A model generated the notes under the pieces. That model was not told the origin of the DNA, ran no database searches, and worked only from the letters and a program-made list of their open reading frames with translations. From assembly GCA_965222615.1 (NCBI GenBank), contig CBDCUI010000008.1, forward strand, positions 96,001 through 160,000: 64,000 nucleotides of DNA, in the 5' to 3' direction. Positions 51,052 through 61,371 of the stretch are shown here, in pieces (position 1 is the stretch's first letter; each line of letters starts with the position of its first letter). This DNA is from Gammaproteobacteria bacterium (GTDB taxonomy: Bacteria; Pseudomonadota; Gammaproteobacteria; UBA4575). The translations under genes were made by a program, and so were the position numbers.

Positions 51052-52460
51052 GTATGAACGGGTTCTCCGCTTTGTTGAAGCCGTTGATACGCTTGAGTTA
51101 ATTCCGTCATATCACATTGATGTCTAGCAACGTAGTTGCGTTGCCAATTTGCCCCGGTTTGTTGCGTTTCAATGCGCGCAGCAATGATAGACATAAATTT
51201 TTCAATGTCAGTGGATGAGATTTTTAACAGCGCCAAGCCTTGCTTGGCTTGTGGCAATAAAGTATCACGTAACAGCTCGACAGGCGCCATCTGTTTACCA
51301 AACCAATGAATAGGATGTTCAAAACTGTGTACAGCTGCAGAATAAAAATTAGCTTTTACCTCATCAAATGTTGGTAGGGCATGATTGTTTTTAAATTGTT
51401 GGGCCCAATAATGTTGTAAGCCATAAAAAAATGCAGCGTTTGCGAGCATATCAATAACTGTTGGACCTGCAGAAATTGCACGGTGCTCTATTCTTATATG
51501 TGGTTGCCCCGCATTATCAAAGCCCAATAATGGTCGATTCCAACGCCAAATCGTACCGTTATGTAAACGCAAGTGTGCAAGGGTGCCATCATCATTTTCA
51601 ACAGTAGGCAACAAGATATAAAATGCTTCGAGATTTTCTTGAAAACATTCTATTATTGAATCATGCGCGAACCCACTTCCAAAACTTACTCGTTTGAAAG
51701 GCGCATTTGGGTTTGCCGTATCGATAGATTGTTCAAACAAAGGAATTCTGGTTTCACTCCATAAGTTCTTTCCAAACACATAAGGGGAGTTTGCGGTAAT
51801 AACTACTAATGGTGCCGAAATCATCAATGCGGCATTGTAATAGTAATGTGCGTGTTGAGCCGGGACTTGAGTATGTATTTGAAAAGATGTAGTAGAGGCC
51901 TCTAACATCACATTGTGACTACGTACATCAAGCAGCTCATGGCCTTGAATATATAAATGTACAGGTTTGCCACCACGCCGCGCCATGATCTGGTCATTTA
52001 AAGCTCGATATCGCTTCATGTCAGACATGGATTGCGCATTAAGATCGGCTAACTTTAGAGTTGGTAATGTGCCAATCATCAATAACGAAGTTGGGTCATT
52101 CAATTTTTTGGCAACATTCTCAGCATTACTCCATGTAGTTAGCATTTCTTCGTAAAAATCAGAAAATACAGAAGTAGTTAAATTACGCGGGACATTGTTA
52201 AACTCAAGATTAAAGCGTGCTAATTCAGGTGAAGCTAATGGATTATTAAATCGTTCTAAGAACTCTTTGTTTACAGGAGCTGGTGCTAAAGATCTACTCA
52301 ATAACCAACTTTCAATCTCAAAACCGCCAACGAGCTTGTTATTTGCTAAAACACCTTGTTCAAACCACGCAATTAACTTGTTGGTTTCGTCCTCTAGATA
52401 GGATTGAAACTGCTCAAAATCTTTTTTAGCAAAAAAGGTCTTTTCAATTTCCTGTCCCAT
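51018..52460 (-). CDS. Glutamate-cysteine ligase-like (GCS2) carboxylate-amine ligase
   Basis: MGQEI, GFEIE, EL.RFN.E.N, TTSFQIH, ANSP...G..LW.ETRIPLFEQ, HNGTIWRWNRP, RIEHR. Confidence 0.88.
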   Translation of the reverse strand: MGQEIEKTFFAKKDFEQFQSYLEDETNKLIAWFEQGVLANNKLVGGFEIESWLLSRSLAPAPVNKEFLERFNNPLASPELARFNLEFNNVPRNLTTSVFSDFYEEMLTTWSNAENVAKKLNDPTSLLMIGTLPTLKLADLNAQSMSDMKRYRALNDQIMARRGGKPVHLYIQGHELLDVRSHNVMLEASTTSFQIHTQVPAQHAHYYYNAALMISAPLVVITANSPYVFGKNLWSETRIPLFEQSIDTANPNAPFKRVSFGSGFAHDSIIECFQENLEAFYILLPTVENDDGTLAHLRLHNGTIWRWNRPLLGFDNAGQPHIRIEHRAISAGPTVIDMLANAAFFYGLQHYWAQQFKNNHALPTFDEVKANFYSAAVHSFEHPIHWFGKQMAPVELLRDTLLPQAKQGLALLKISSTDIEKFMSIIAARIETQQTGANWQRNYVARHQCDMTELTQAYQRLQQSGEPVHTWSTELTPTQE

Positions 52461-52793
52461 GCTTGCCTATGCTACCAGATACGATAACAACACCAAAAAA
52501 TGTAACTTGATTTAAGTCAAATGAACCCAGAGTTTTAAAACGTATATTTTTAGTACCAGCATGGTCTGTTCTCGCAGAGACCAAAAGAGCAAAAAAGCTC
52601 TAATATCATTTTTATTTCTTTTACAAAAAAAACTTATTACCAGAATATAAAAACTATGCATTCATTGCTGTTTTTCATGCTTTAGTAAACTTATAAATTC
52701 TGTATTTCGTGAAGCAATTCTAGCTCTGTTTGATTTTGCAGATTTATAATTGAGTTAATATATTAAATTAATAAAATGACGGCGGGAGCAATG

Positions 52794-53255
52794 ATGCATA
52801 CCAATAAGCTGTTAATAACAATGATTTTTATAGCTCTTGTTTCGCCTTGTATGGCTGATGAAATAGAACTGCATCTAACCTCATATCATTATAGTCGTAG
52901 TCAAGATCTCAACGAATCTAATTTTGGAACAGGTTACAACTACAAGTTAAGCCCAAAAACTTATGCTATTGCTGGTGCATTTAACAATTCGTATGACAAA
53001 CTGTCAGTGTATGTTGGTACAAAATGGCTACCGATTCAAAAAAAATTTTTTAAAGCAGGATTTGTAACAGGCCTAGTGACGGGCTACGAAGATGATACCG
53101 ATGCAAATGAAGTACAGCCGATGCTCATCCCTGAAGTACAATTTAATTATAAGCGATACTATATTGTGTCTAGAATCATTCCAGACTTTGGCGACAATTC
53201 ATCTACGGCAGTAACATTTTCTGTCGGGTTTGTTTTGTACAATGAAATACAATAG
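52794..53255 (+). CDS. Exported protein, probable small outer-membrane beta-barrel
   Basis: Signal peptide; SYHY...NE.N.G.G, G.F.NSY...S.Y.G, G.VTGY. Confidence 0.65.
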   Translation: MHTNKLLITMIFIALVSPCMADEIELHLTSYHYSRSQDLNESNFGTGYNYKLSPKTYAIAGAFNNSYDKLSVYVGTKWLPIQKKFFKAGFVTGLVTGYEDDTDANEVQPMLIPEVQFNYKRYYIVSRIIPDFGDNSSTAVTFSVGFVLYNEIQ

Positions 53256-53257
53256 AG

Positions 53258-54898
53258 TCAATGAAACGACTGATGGAACATAGGTCCAAATTTAAGCTGT
53301 GTCTCTTTCCAGTCTAAAGCCGGATCAAAACTGTCAGGTGTCGCCATTTTCCAAAATTCTCGATAACCTGGTTGATCGGTACCTTCCAACAGTTCACCAG
53401 GTTGCAAAAAATTATAAATACGATCCGCAGTTCGAATAGTTGTGGGACTTAAGCGGTAGCAAATATTTCTAGGGCATAATTCAGTTGGGTGATAGAGGCC
53501 TGCCGAGGCAACCATTTCACCCAGTGCCCATACCGTATGGTGATGAAAGTTAACGACTCGTTTAGCCTTCTCATCCACAACGATACCGCGCTGACGTTTG
53601 GGATCTTGCGTAGCAATTCCGGTAGGACAATGATCCGTGTGGCATCTCTGCGATTGCACACAACCTAACGCAAACATAAATCCACGTGCTGAATTGCACC
53701 AGTCTGCACCTAAAGCCATATTAATGGCCATGCCAAAGCCCGTAATAATTTGACCGCTAGCACCGATCTTAACTCTCTCGCGAAGATTAACTCCGACCAA
53801 TGCATTGTGCGTGAATAACAATCCTTCACGAAGAGGGGTGCCGACATGATCAGAAAATTCTAAAGGTGCCGCACCGGTGCCCCCTTCTGCACCATCCACA
53901 ACAATAAAGTCCGGATAAATGTTTGTTTCTAACATCGCTTTACAAATGGCTAGAAACTCAAAGCGTTCACCGATACAGAGTTTAAATCCAGTTGGTTTGC
54001 CACCGGATAGCTCGCGTAGTTTTGTAATGAACTCCAGTAACTCGATAGGCGTGGTGAATGCAGAATGAAAGGGTGGTGAGATGCAGTCTTGATATGTCGG
54101 AACTTTGCGAGTGGCAGCGATTTCGGGCGTTACTTTTTCGCCTGGTAGCATGCCACCTTTACCGGGTTTGGCGCCCTGAGAAAGTTTTATTTCAATCATT
54201 TTGACTTGCTCGAGGACGGCTTGCTCAGCAAAAAGTGATTCATCAAATTGGCCATCATCCGTACAACAACCAAAATAACCTGTGCCGATTTCCCAAATTA
54301 AATCACCACCATGTTTTTTATGATATTCACTGATACCCCCTTCGCCGGTGTCATGTGCAAATTTTCCAAGATATGCGCCTTTATTCAGGGCTTCGATAGC
54401 GTTAGCACCGATTGAGCCAAAACTCATCGCAGAAATATTAAACACAGATGACGAGTAGGGTTGGCTGCACTGTTCGTTACCGATAAGTACTCGATATAGT
54501 TCTTTATCATAAAGTTTAGCCGTGATGGAATGGTTGACCCAACGATAATCATCTGAATAGGCATCAATCTCAGTGCCAAAGGGTTTTATCCCACCTTCTT
54601 GTTTAGCACGCTCATACACTACAGTACGGTCATCGCGGTTAAATGGACGGCCATCGGTATTACTTTCGACTAAATATTGATGAATTTGAGGGCGAATTTT
54701 TTCGAATAACCAACGAAAATGCCCAATAATAGGGTAGTTACGTAACAGATTATGTTTTTGTTGTAGAAGATCTCGAATACCTAGTAAGACTAACGGCAAA
54801 ATGATTAGCAAGCCAAAACCAAACTTAGAGTTAATCGCGATTAACGCAAAATTAACAATTGTTGCAATTATTACAAATATAAAAAAAGCGTAATGCAT
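53258..54898 (-). CDS. FMN-binding glutamate synthase family protein (stand-alone, membrane-anchored)
   Basis: NISAMSFGS, TGEGG, KLSQGAKPG, DGAEGGTGAAP, CVQSQRCH..CPTG. Confidence 0.92.
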   Translation of the reverse strand: MHYAFFIFVIIATIVNFALIAINSKFGFGLLIILPLVLLGIRDLLQQKHNLLRNYPIIGHFRWLFEKIRPQIHQYLVESNTDGRPFNRDDRTVVYERAKQEGGIKPFGTEIDAYSDDYRWVNHSITAKLYDKELYRVLIGNEQCSQPYSSSVFNISAMSFGSIGANAIEALNKGAYLGKFAHDTGEGGISEYHKKHGGDLIWEIGTGYFGCCTDDGQFDESLFAEQAVLEQVKMIEIKLSQGAKPGKGGMLPGEKVTPEIAATRKVPTYQDCISPPFHSAFTTPIELLEFITKLRELSGGKPTGFKLCIGERFEFLAICKAMLETNIYPDFIVVDGAEGGTGAAPLEFSDHVGTPLREGLLFTHNALVGVNLRERVKIGASGQIITGFGMAINMALGADWCNSARGFMFALGCVQSQRCHTDHCPTGIATQDPKRQRGIVVDEKAKRVVNFHHHTVWALGEMVASAGLYHPTELCPRNICYRLSPTTIRTADRIYNFLQPGELLEGTDQPGYREFWKMATPDSFDPALDWKETQLKFGPMFHQSFH

Positions 54899-54969
54899 GC
54901 AAAAATAACAAACCGTACAAGAATTTACTTCTTATACTACTCTATATGTTATTCCAAAGTTATGTGCTT

Positions 54970-56484
54970 TTATTGAATGGTGCTATCACGCACTAATGCT
55001 TGAGCTTGTTCTATCCATTTATCGCGATCAATGCGTCCCTTGAAATTCAGCATATCATTTACGGCTGCTACATCTTGGCGTGTAAATCCAGCAATTTGCT
55101 CAAAATAATAAATGCCACAATTATTTAACATCCTCTCAAGAGACTCACCCACACCAGAAATGAGTTTCAAATCATCCGGCTTACGTGTTGGTTTTTCTAA
55201 GCCATAGGCTTGCATCTTACCATCCGTAGGTTCAGTTTTTATTAATGGTTTTTCCGAAGTTTCACGTATCGGCATTGCGACTACCTTCTTAGCGTCGTGC
55301 AAAAGTTCCTCAAGTTCATGAATCCGAGTATTTTGTGCGGTAAGGCTGTCACGCAGTGGGGTAATTTGGTGTTTGGCTTTATTCAGCACTTGCTCAAGTG
55401 AGGTAACATTATTATCACGTTGTTTTAAAGTAGCTTCTAAAGATTCAATTCGTTTTTGCTGTGCACTGATGCTGTCTTTAAGTGAAGTTATTTTGCTGTC
55501 TCGTAAACGAATGTTATTTTCTAATGAGGGGATAGAGTTATTGGCTTCTTCAAGCTTACCTTGTAAATTTTGCATCAGAGAGTGTGCTTCTTTAATCTCT
55601 GCCTGAAGAGACGGAATACGCTGACGTTCTTGCTCTAATATTTGATTAAGGTCAATATTTTGTTTTTCACGATTCTCAAGCTCAGAATTTAGTTCACTTA
55701 ATTGCTCGTCCTGAGTCTGAATCTCATTTTCTAAGGCTGCAACACGACCTTTTTCATTCTCAATTTGCTGTTGTAATGTTATTTCTACTTGTGCAAGTTT
55801 TTTAATATGTTCCTCGAGCTGGCTAATTTTGTTGTTAGAGCTGGTTAAGTCATTTTGGATCGTTTTTAATTCGGCACCTCGGCAGTCAAAGTCTTTTTGC
55901 AAAGTAATAAAAGATGAAACTTGAGCTTCATATTCTTTATTACGAGTAGCAAACATTCTACGCTGGTTTTCAATCTCTTTGTTAAGCTGGCGATTTTTTT
56001 GGTCAGCTTGTTCAAATTGTGTTTCTAGTTCCTTTTGTTCAGATATTTCTACACGTAGTGCATTAATTTCCTGATTGCGTTCTTCAAGATCTTTATTTAA
56101 TGAAGCATTAATTTTTGTAATGTCTTCAAGCTGTATTTTCAATTCATCTGCATTAAAAGTTTCTTCCAGTAATACCTCAATTTCATCTCTATGCTTTTGT
56201 AACTTGACGTTAAGCAAATTATTTCGTTCGGTGGCTTTGCCTAAGAAAAACTTCAATTCATCAATTTCTAAGAGCTCGCCCTTAAGTTGTTCGATTAGCT
56301 TAGCTTGTTCATTTGAAAAGTTAACGGCAGCAGCAAGCTTGGCTTGTAATTCGTCACTTACGTTACTAGCTTCATCAAAATCAGACCGCAACGCATCTAG
56401 CTCAAGTTTAGGGATTTTCAATTCCTGTTCACTTTCCGTAGTGTCAACTTGTGTATCAGTGGGTGGGTGATCAAGAGTGGACAT
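54970..56484 (-). CDS. Long coiled-coil protein with C-terminal COG3743-type HhH domain
   Basis: Heptad-rich; KPDDLKLISGVG..LE..LN.CGIYYFEQIA...FKGRIDRDKWIEQA; paralog of 42160-44073. Confidence 0.85.
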   Translation of the reverse strand: MSTLDHPPTDTQVDTTESEQELKIPKLELDALRSDFDEASNVSDELQAKLAAAVNFSNEQAKLIEQLKGELLEIDELKFFLGKATERNNLLNVKLQKHRDEIEVLLEETFNADELKIQLEDITKINASLNKDLEERNQEINALRVEISEQKELETQFEQADQKNRQLNKEIENQRRMFATRNKEYEAQVSSFITLQKDFDCRGAELKTIQNDLTSSNNKISQLEEHIKKLAQVEITLQQQIENEKGRVAALENEIQTQDEQLSELNSELENREKQNIDLNQILEQERQRIPSLQAEIKEAHSLMQNLQGKLEEANNSIPSLENNIRLRDSKITSLKDSISAQQKRIESLEATLKQRDNNVTSLEQVLNKAKHQITPLRDSLTAQNTRIHELEELLHDAKKVVAMPIRETSEKPLIKTEPTDGKMQAYGLEKPTRKPDDLKLISGVGESLERMLNNCGIYYFEQIAGFTRQDVAAVNDMLNFKGRIDRDKWIEQAQALVRDSTIQ

Positions 56485-56680
56485 GAATATTTTCTCCCTT
56501 AGAATAATATCGATGAGGCTTGTTTCATGAGTATTACCGCTTTATGACTTAGAGCATAGACAGCCACTATTCTGTCACAGCGCGAATTGTAGTATATCTA
56601 GCGGTAAGTTTTAACCAATTTACCCAGCTTAGATCCATAATGATCAATAAACGAGGTCTTTATACATATATTCCCGTTTT

Positions 56681-57343
56681 TTAACCAATTTCAATCAAAT
56701 GATCAGGTAGTTCGTTTTTGTCTTTCTCAGGCACTGAGGGAAAATGTTGGCGTAACAATGTTCCGGCCTGCTCAATAGCAGAAAGGTAACCTTGTTTGAT
56801 CGCGCCCTTTTTTACATAACTTATAAAGTTGTCAATGAGAGACTGCCAGGTATTTTTTTCAACCGCGTCATTAATATTTTTATCGGCTAAAATTTCTACA
56901 TAATGCTCAGCAACCGATACGAACAATAAAATGCCAGTGCGTTCATCTTTTGTATGTAAGCCCTGTACATAAAACTGTTCGTGTGCAAGGCGCCGTGCAC
57001 GGGCATGTCGAATAGTTTTAGGGATTAACTTCATTTTTAACCAAGGCCAGCGAAACAATAAGGCAAAAAAGCAAAAAACGATGACTTGTATTTGGTAAAT
57101 ACTTAAGTGCAACTGTTTGCTCAGATAGATTAGTGGAAAATCATTCAAGAAATGAAATTGATAATGTAAAAGGTGCAATATATAAGGAGTAATCAAGGCC
57201 AGTAAGGCCGCCCAAAGAGTTGGGATGTAATAATAATTATCACTTGCGTGAGTAATCACTGTAACAAGTTCACCCGTGGTATGTATTTCTTGCTCACGGA
57301 TGGCTTCGCGTATTTCTTGTCTGTCGGCTTCACTTAGATGCAT
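56681..57343 (-). CDS. TPM-domain membrane protein
   Basis: E..T.GELV.VI..SD.Y, RTGILLFVS.AE.YVEILAD, NELPD; start reassigned to MHLSE. Confidence 0.88.
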   Translation of the reverse strand: MHLSEADRQEIREAIREQEIHTTGELVTVITHASDNYYYIPTLWAALLALITPYILHLLHYQFHFLNDFPLIYLSKQLHLSIYQIQVIVFCFFALLFRWPWLKMKLIPKTIRHARARRLAHEQFYVQGLHTKDERTGILLFVSVAEHYVEILADKNINDAVEKNTWQSLIDNFISYVKKGAIKQGYLSAIEQAGTLLRQHFPSVPEKDKNELPDHLIEIG

Positions 57344-57347
57344 TGCG

Positions 57348-58238
57348 TTACCATCCTCCTGAAGCGCCACCGCCACCAAAGGAACCACCACCACCGCCAA
57401 AGCCACCGCCGCCAAAACCTCCGCCACCGAAACCACCAGGGAAATACACACCTCCGTTGCCACTGCCGAGACCTCCGCCACCGCCACCGCGGCTGAACAT
57501 GCTAATCAAAAACATCACCGCGAAAACGCCTAGGCTAATCATAATAGAAGTGGTAATCGCCCACGCTAATAATCCAAAAAATCCGCTAATCGATAAGCTC
57601 CTAAATAAATTGCCTCGAGTCCGTGAAGAAAATAGCTCACCAATAAAAATTAGCGGAATAAAGAGAGGAAACAGTGTGAAGATAGAACTACCGCCACCGG
57701 ATTTCTTGCGCGATTTTCTAAAAGTGTTGTACTCATTGGGCTCTTGTTGTAATGCTAATAGCATGGCTTCGATGCCGCGTTTAGCGCCGGTATCAAAGTC
57801 TTTAATTTTAAGCCATGGGACAATATCATTATTAATGATATAGCTGCTTAACGCATCGGTAAGCGTACCTTCAAGTCCATAACCTACTTCGATCCGTACC
57901 TTGCGTTCATTCGGGGCAATAATCAGCAAGGCGCCGTTATCGTGTTCCGCCTGTCCAATGCCCCAATGCCTGCCTAGCTGATAACCATAATCATCAATGG
58001 CATATCCATCTAAAGACTTCAGCGTAACCACCACAATCTGGTTACTGGTTTCTGTCTCATGCGCTTTGAGCAAAGCTTTGAGCTCAACTTCGGTAGTTGC
58101 AGACAAAATATTGGCTTGATCTACTACCCTGTCGGTTAAGACAGGAAACTGCGGTGCTGCTAAAACATCAGCGACAAACAGGCTGGCAAGGAGCAACCCT
58201 GTAACAGGCCAAGAAGGTGCTCGCAAAAATTGCGACAT
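57348..58238 (-). CDS. TPM-domain protein (YgcG-like) with Gly-rich tail
   Basis: RVVDQA, WGIG....DNG.LL, RIEVGYGLEG.LTD, GGGG.FGGGGASGGW. Confidence 0.93.
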   Translation of the reverse strand: MSQFLRAPSWPVTGLLLASLFVADVLAAPQFPVLTDRVVDQANILSATTEVELKALLKAHETETSNQIVVVTLKSLDGYAIDDYGYQLGRHWGIGQAEHDNGALLIIAPNERKVRIEVGYGLEGTLTDALSSYIINNDIVPWLKIKDFDTGAKRGIEAMLLALQQEPNEYNTFRKSRKKSGGGSSIFTLFPLFIPLIFIGELFSSRTRGNLFRSLSISGFFGLLAWAITTSIMISLGVFAVMFLISMFSRGGGGGGLGSGNGGVYFPGGFGGGGFGGGGFGGGGGSFGGGGASGGW

Positions 58239-58256
58239 GTAAATTAAACTTGAAAC

Positions 58257-58877
58257 TTAGTTGCTCTCCAGCTCAACTTTCGGTGCGGTAGAGAAATCTA
58301 CTTCAGGAGTTTCTTGTACCGATTCCGGTGCAGTGAAGTTCTCTTTGGGCTCGGAGTCAGAATACAATAAAGCTCGCCACCATCTACCCGGAATGGTACG
58401 CAACTCGGTGTTGTAACGTTGTACGGATTGAATATAGTCACGTCTGGCTACAGCAATTCTATTTTCTGCGCCTTCAAGTTGAGACTGTAAGGTTAAAAAG
58501 TTCTGATTAGATTTGAGATCGGGATAACGTTCCACTACGACCATCAAGCGTGATAAAGCCGAACTCAGTGCATCTTGATTGGCTTGAAACTGCTTAAAGG
58601 CTTCTGGGTTGGATAATATATCTTTAGGTAATTGTGTTTGGGTGGCTTTAGCACGTGCCTCAATCACGGAAGTTAAAACATCTTTTTCTTGTGCGGCAAA
58701 GCCTTTTACGGTTTCAACTAAATTCGGGATTAAATCCGCGCGACGTTTGTATTGGTTTAATACTTCACTCCATGCTGCATCAGCGGCTTCGTCAAAAGTA
58801 GGTATATTGTTTATTCCACAGCTGGCAAGCAAAAAACAAAAAATGGCAGCTATAGAGGTACGGTATGCTCGACGCAT
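58257..58877 (-). CDS. lemA: LemA family protein
   Basis: W.EVLNQYKRRADLIPNLVETVKG, ERYPDLKS.QNF, ENRIAVARRDY. Confidence 0.95.
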   Translation of the reverse strand: MRRAYRTSIAAIFCFLLASCGINNIPTFDEAADAAWSEVLNQYKRRADLIPNLVETVKGFAAQEKDVLTSVIEARAKATQTQLPKDILSNPEAFKQFQANQDALSSALSRLMVVVERYPDLKSNQNFLTLQSQLEGAENRIAVARRDYIQSVQRYNTELRTIPGRWWRALLYSDSEPKENFTAPESVQETPEVDFSTAPKVELESN

Positions 58878-59110
58878 GATTCGACTCCTGTGTATATATA
58901 ATTTTTATTGAAACTATAGACTATTCATAACACCAATCAAAGTTTGAAAACATCCAAAATCAAGCACTTAGCTATTAATTGCCTTATATGTAACAAAGCT
59001 AATCGAACAAAAAATATACAGCCGTGGAGTTCATTAAAACTAATCAAATTACCTCATTCTCTGATCTAGGCATGGGTTTTCGAGTATGAATTTCGAACTT
59101 TAAAAAGGCT

Positions 59111-60079
59111 ATGATTTTTGATGTGAAAGATAAAAAAATCTTAATTACAGGTGCTGCCGGTCAAATTGGCTCTGAATTAACCGAGTTGCTACGCAACCAA
59201 TACGGCAATGAGAATGTAGTTGCCGCCATCTATAGCAAATCGATGAGAGCTGCATCGATAGCCGAGCCTTTTTGTAAGCTTGATATTAGAGATCAAAATT
59301 CATTAGAAGAAGTTGTTAAACAATATCAAGCCGACACCATTTTTCATTTGGCTTCATTACTTTCAGCAAAAGCAGAAGAAAATCCGCAACTCGCGTGGGA
59401 AATAAATATAAATGGCTTAATCAATGTGTTGGAAGTCGCGCGTGAAAATAATTGTGCGGTATTTTTTCCAAGTTCAATCGGTGCATTTGGTCCGACAACA
59501 CCGCGAGATAACACTCCGCAAATCACTATTCAACGTCCTAATTCAATCTATGGAATCAGTAAACTAAGTGGTGAATTACTGTGTGATTATTACTACAAGC
59601 GCTATGCAGTAGATACTCGCGGCTTACGCTATCCAGGTATTATTTCTTATCAAGCCCTGCCGGGAGGCGGCACCACGGATTATGCGGTGCACATGTTTTA
59701 TGCCGCCTTACAAGATCAACGTTATGATTGCTATCTAAAACCTGACACCAAACTTGACATGATGTACATGCCCGATGCGCTGCATGCCGCAGTAAATCTC
59801 ATGCAAGCGGATAGCAAAAAACTACTACATCGCAATGCCTATAATGTAACGGCGATGAGTTTTACTCCGCAAGAACTTGCGCAGGCAATACAAACCCATA
59901 TCCCCGAATTTGAAATCAATTATAAAATTGACTCGATACGCCAAACCATTGCGGATTCGTGGCCCAACTATATGGATGACAGTGCTGCTCGCCAAGAATG
60001 GGGTTGGAGACCAAGCTATACACTCTCGACTATGGTGAAAGACATGCTGCTGCAACTGGCTAAAAAATTAGATCAATAG
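59111..60079 (+). CDS. tdh: L-threonine 3-dehydrogenase (extended SDR type)
   Basis: GAAGQIG, LSA.AE, PSSIGAFG, YGISK, PGGGTTDYAV, MMYMPD, IADSWP; adjacent to kbl. Confidence 0.9.
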   Translation: MIFDVKDKKILITGAAGQIGSELTELLRNQYGNENVVAAIYSKSMRAASIAEPFCKLDIRDQNSLEEVVKQYQADTIFHLASLLSAKAEENPQLAWEININGLINVLEVARENNCAVFFPSSIGAFGPTTPRDNTPQITIQRPNSIYGISKLSGELLCDYYYKRYAVDTRGLRYPGIISYQALPGGGTTDYAVHMFYAALQDQRYDCYLKPDTKLDMMYMPDALHAAVNLMQADSKKLLHRNAYNVTAMSFTPQELAQAIQTHIPEFEINYKIDSIRQTIADSWPNYMDDSAARQEWGWRPSYTLSTMVKDMLLQLAKKLDQ

Positions 60080-60091
60080 ATGGAGTAATCC

Positions 60092-61309
60092 ATGGCACTT
60101 GAAAAAATAACACCAAAGCTAAGCCAGCATATCGAGCAATTAAAAAGCCAGGGAATCTCAAAAGGTCAAGAAAAAATAGTTATCGGTAAACAAGCCGCAA
60201 AAGCTGGCTATAGTGAACGTTATCTATTACAGGGCTACCCAGACCGTCCATTTTTAAGAATGAATTCCAATTCTTATTTGGGATTTGCGAATCATGCAAA
60301 AATCATCGCAGCCGAAAGTGAAGCGGCAGAACAATTTGGCACCGGGCCCGGCGCAGTACGCTTTATCAGTGGCACCTATCAAGCCCACATCGATTTAGAA
60401 ACCCGACTTGCAGAATTTCACAAACGCGAGGCCTGCATGATTATGAGTTCAGCCTATGCCACCGTAATAGGCGTGTTGCCACAGTTTATAGATAAAGACA
60501 CCTTGGTAATTAGTGATGCGCTCAATCATAACTGCATAATCAACGCCATACGTTTATCGGGCACGGGTAACAAGGCCATCTATCCGCATCTGGACCTGCA
60601 AGCATTAAATACCATTTTGGAAGCTAACCCAGGCAAAGCGAATCGTGCTTGTGTAATTACCGATGGCATTTTCAGTATGCGTGGAGATCATGCACCTTTA
60701 GATGAAATCAAAGCCATCTGCGCACGCCATGAACAATTCTATGCAGAAGGTGTAATTCTCATGGTGGATGATTCACATGGTGTAGGTGCGTTTGGAAATC
60801 ATGGACGCGGCACCGAAGAATACACTCAAGCTCAAGCCGATATCCTCATCGCCACGCTAGGCAAGGCCTTTGGCGTGAATGGCGGTTATATCGTATCGAA
60901 TAAAACCGTAATCGATTATTTAAAGGAAACCGCACCTTTATATATCTACTCCAACCCCATTACCCCAGCCGAGGCGGCCGCCACATTACAAGCGATAGAT
61001 GTTCTGGATAGTGCCGAAGGCGAAAAGTTACTCGCAAACCTACGCAGTCTCACTGCAAAGTTACGCGAGGGCTTAGTTAAACAAGGATTTGAAACCATCG
61101 CTAGCGAACACCCCATCGTGCCGATATTAATTCGCGATACGAAAAAAACTTCGGCTTTGGTGGAGCATCTATTTGAGAATAATATTTTGGCAACGGGTCT
61201 TAATTATCCGGTAGTGCCTAAAGGCGAAGAAGAAATCAGACTGCAAGTCGCGGCAAATCACACCGATAAAGACATCGATTACATATTAAATGTATTAAAG
61301 CAGTTTTAA
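60092..61309 (+). CDS. kbl: 2-amino-3-ketobutyrate CoA ligase (glycine C-acetyltransferase)
   Basis: SNSYLG, VRFISGT, DDSHG, TLGKA.G, YPVVPKG...IR.Q; operon with tdh. Confidence 0.88.
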   Translation: MALEKITPKLSQHIEQLKSQGISKGQEKIVIGKQAAKAGYSERYLLQGYPDRPFLRMNSNSYLGFANHAKIIAAESEAAEQFGTGPGAVRFISGTYQAHIDLETRLAEFHKREACMIMSSAYATVIGVLPQFIDKDTLVISDALNHNCIINAIRLSGTGNKAIYPHLDLQALNTILEANPGKANRACVITDGIFSMRGDHAPLDEIKAICARHEQFYAEGVILMVDDSHGVGAFGNHGRGTEEYTQAQADILIATLGKAFGVNGGYIVSNKTVIDYLKETAPLYIYSNPITPAEAAATLQAIDVLDSAEGEKLLANLRSLTAKLREGLVKQGFETIASEHPIVPILIRDTKKTSALVEHLFENNILATGLNYPVVPKGEEEIRLQVAANHTDKDIDYILNVLKQF

Positions 61310-61371
61310 GGTAACCAATAGATGCAATATAAAACCGTCTTTGTTCTTAATTATTCAAACTAAGTGCTGAT

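Noticed and set aside
57343-57843. Pro-rich 166-aa plus-strand ORF
   Set aside because: Antisense shadow of the Gly-rich tail of the TPM protein
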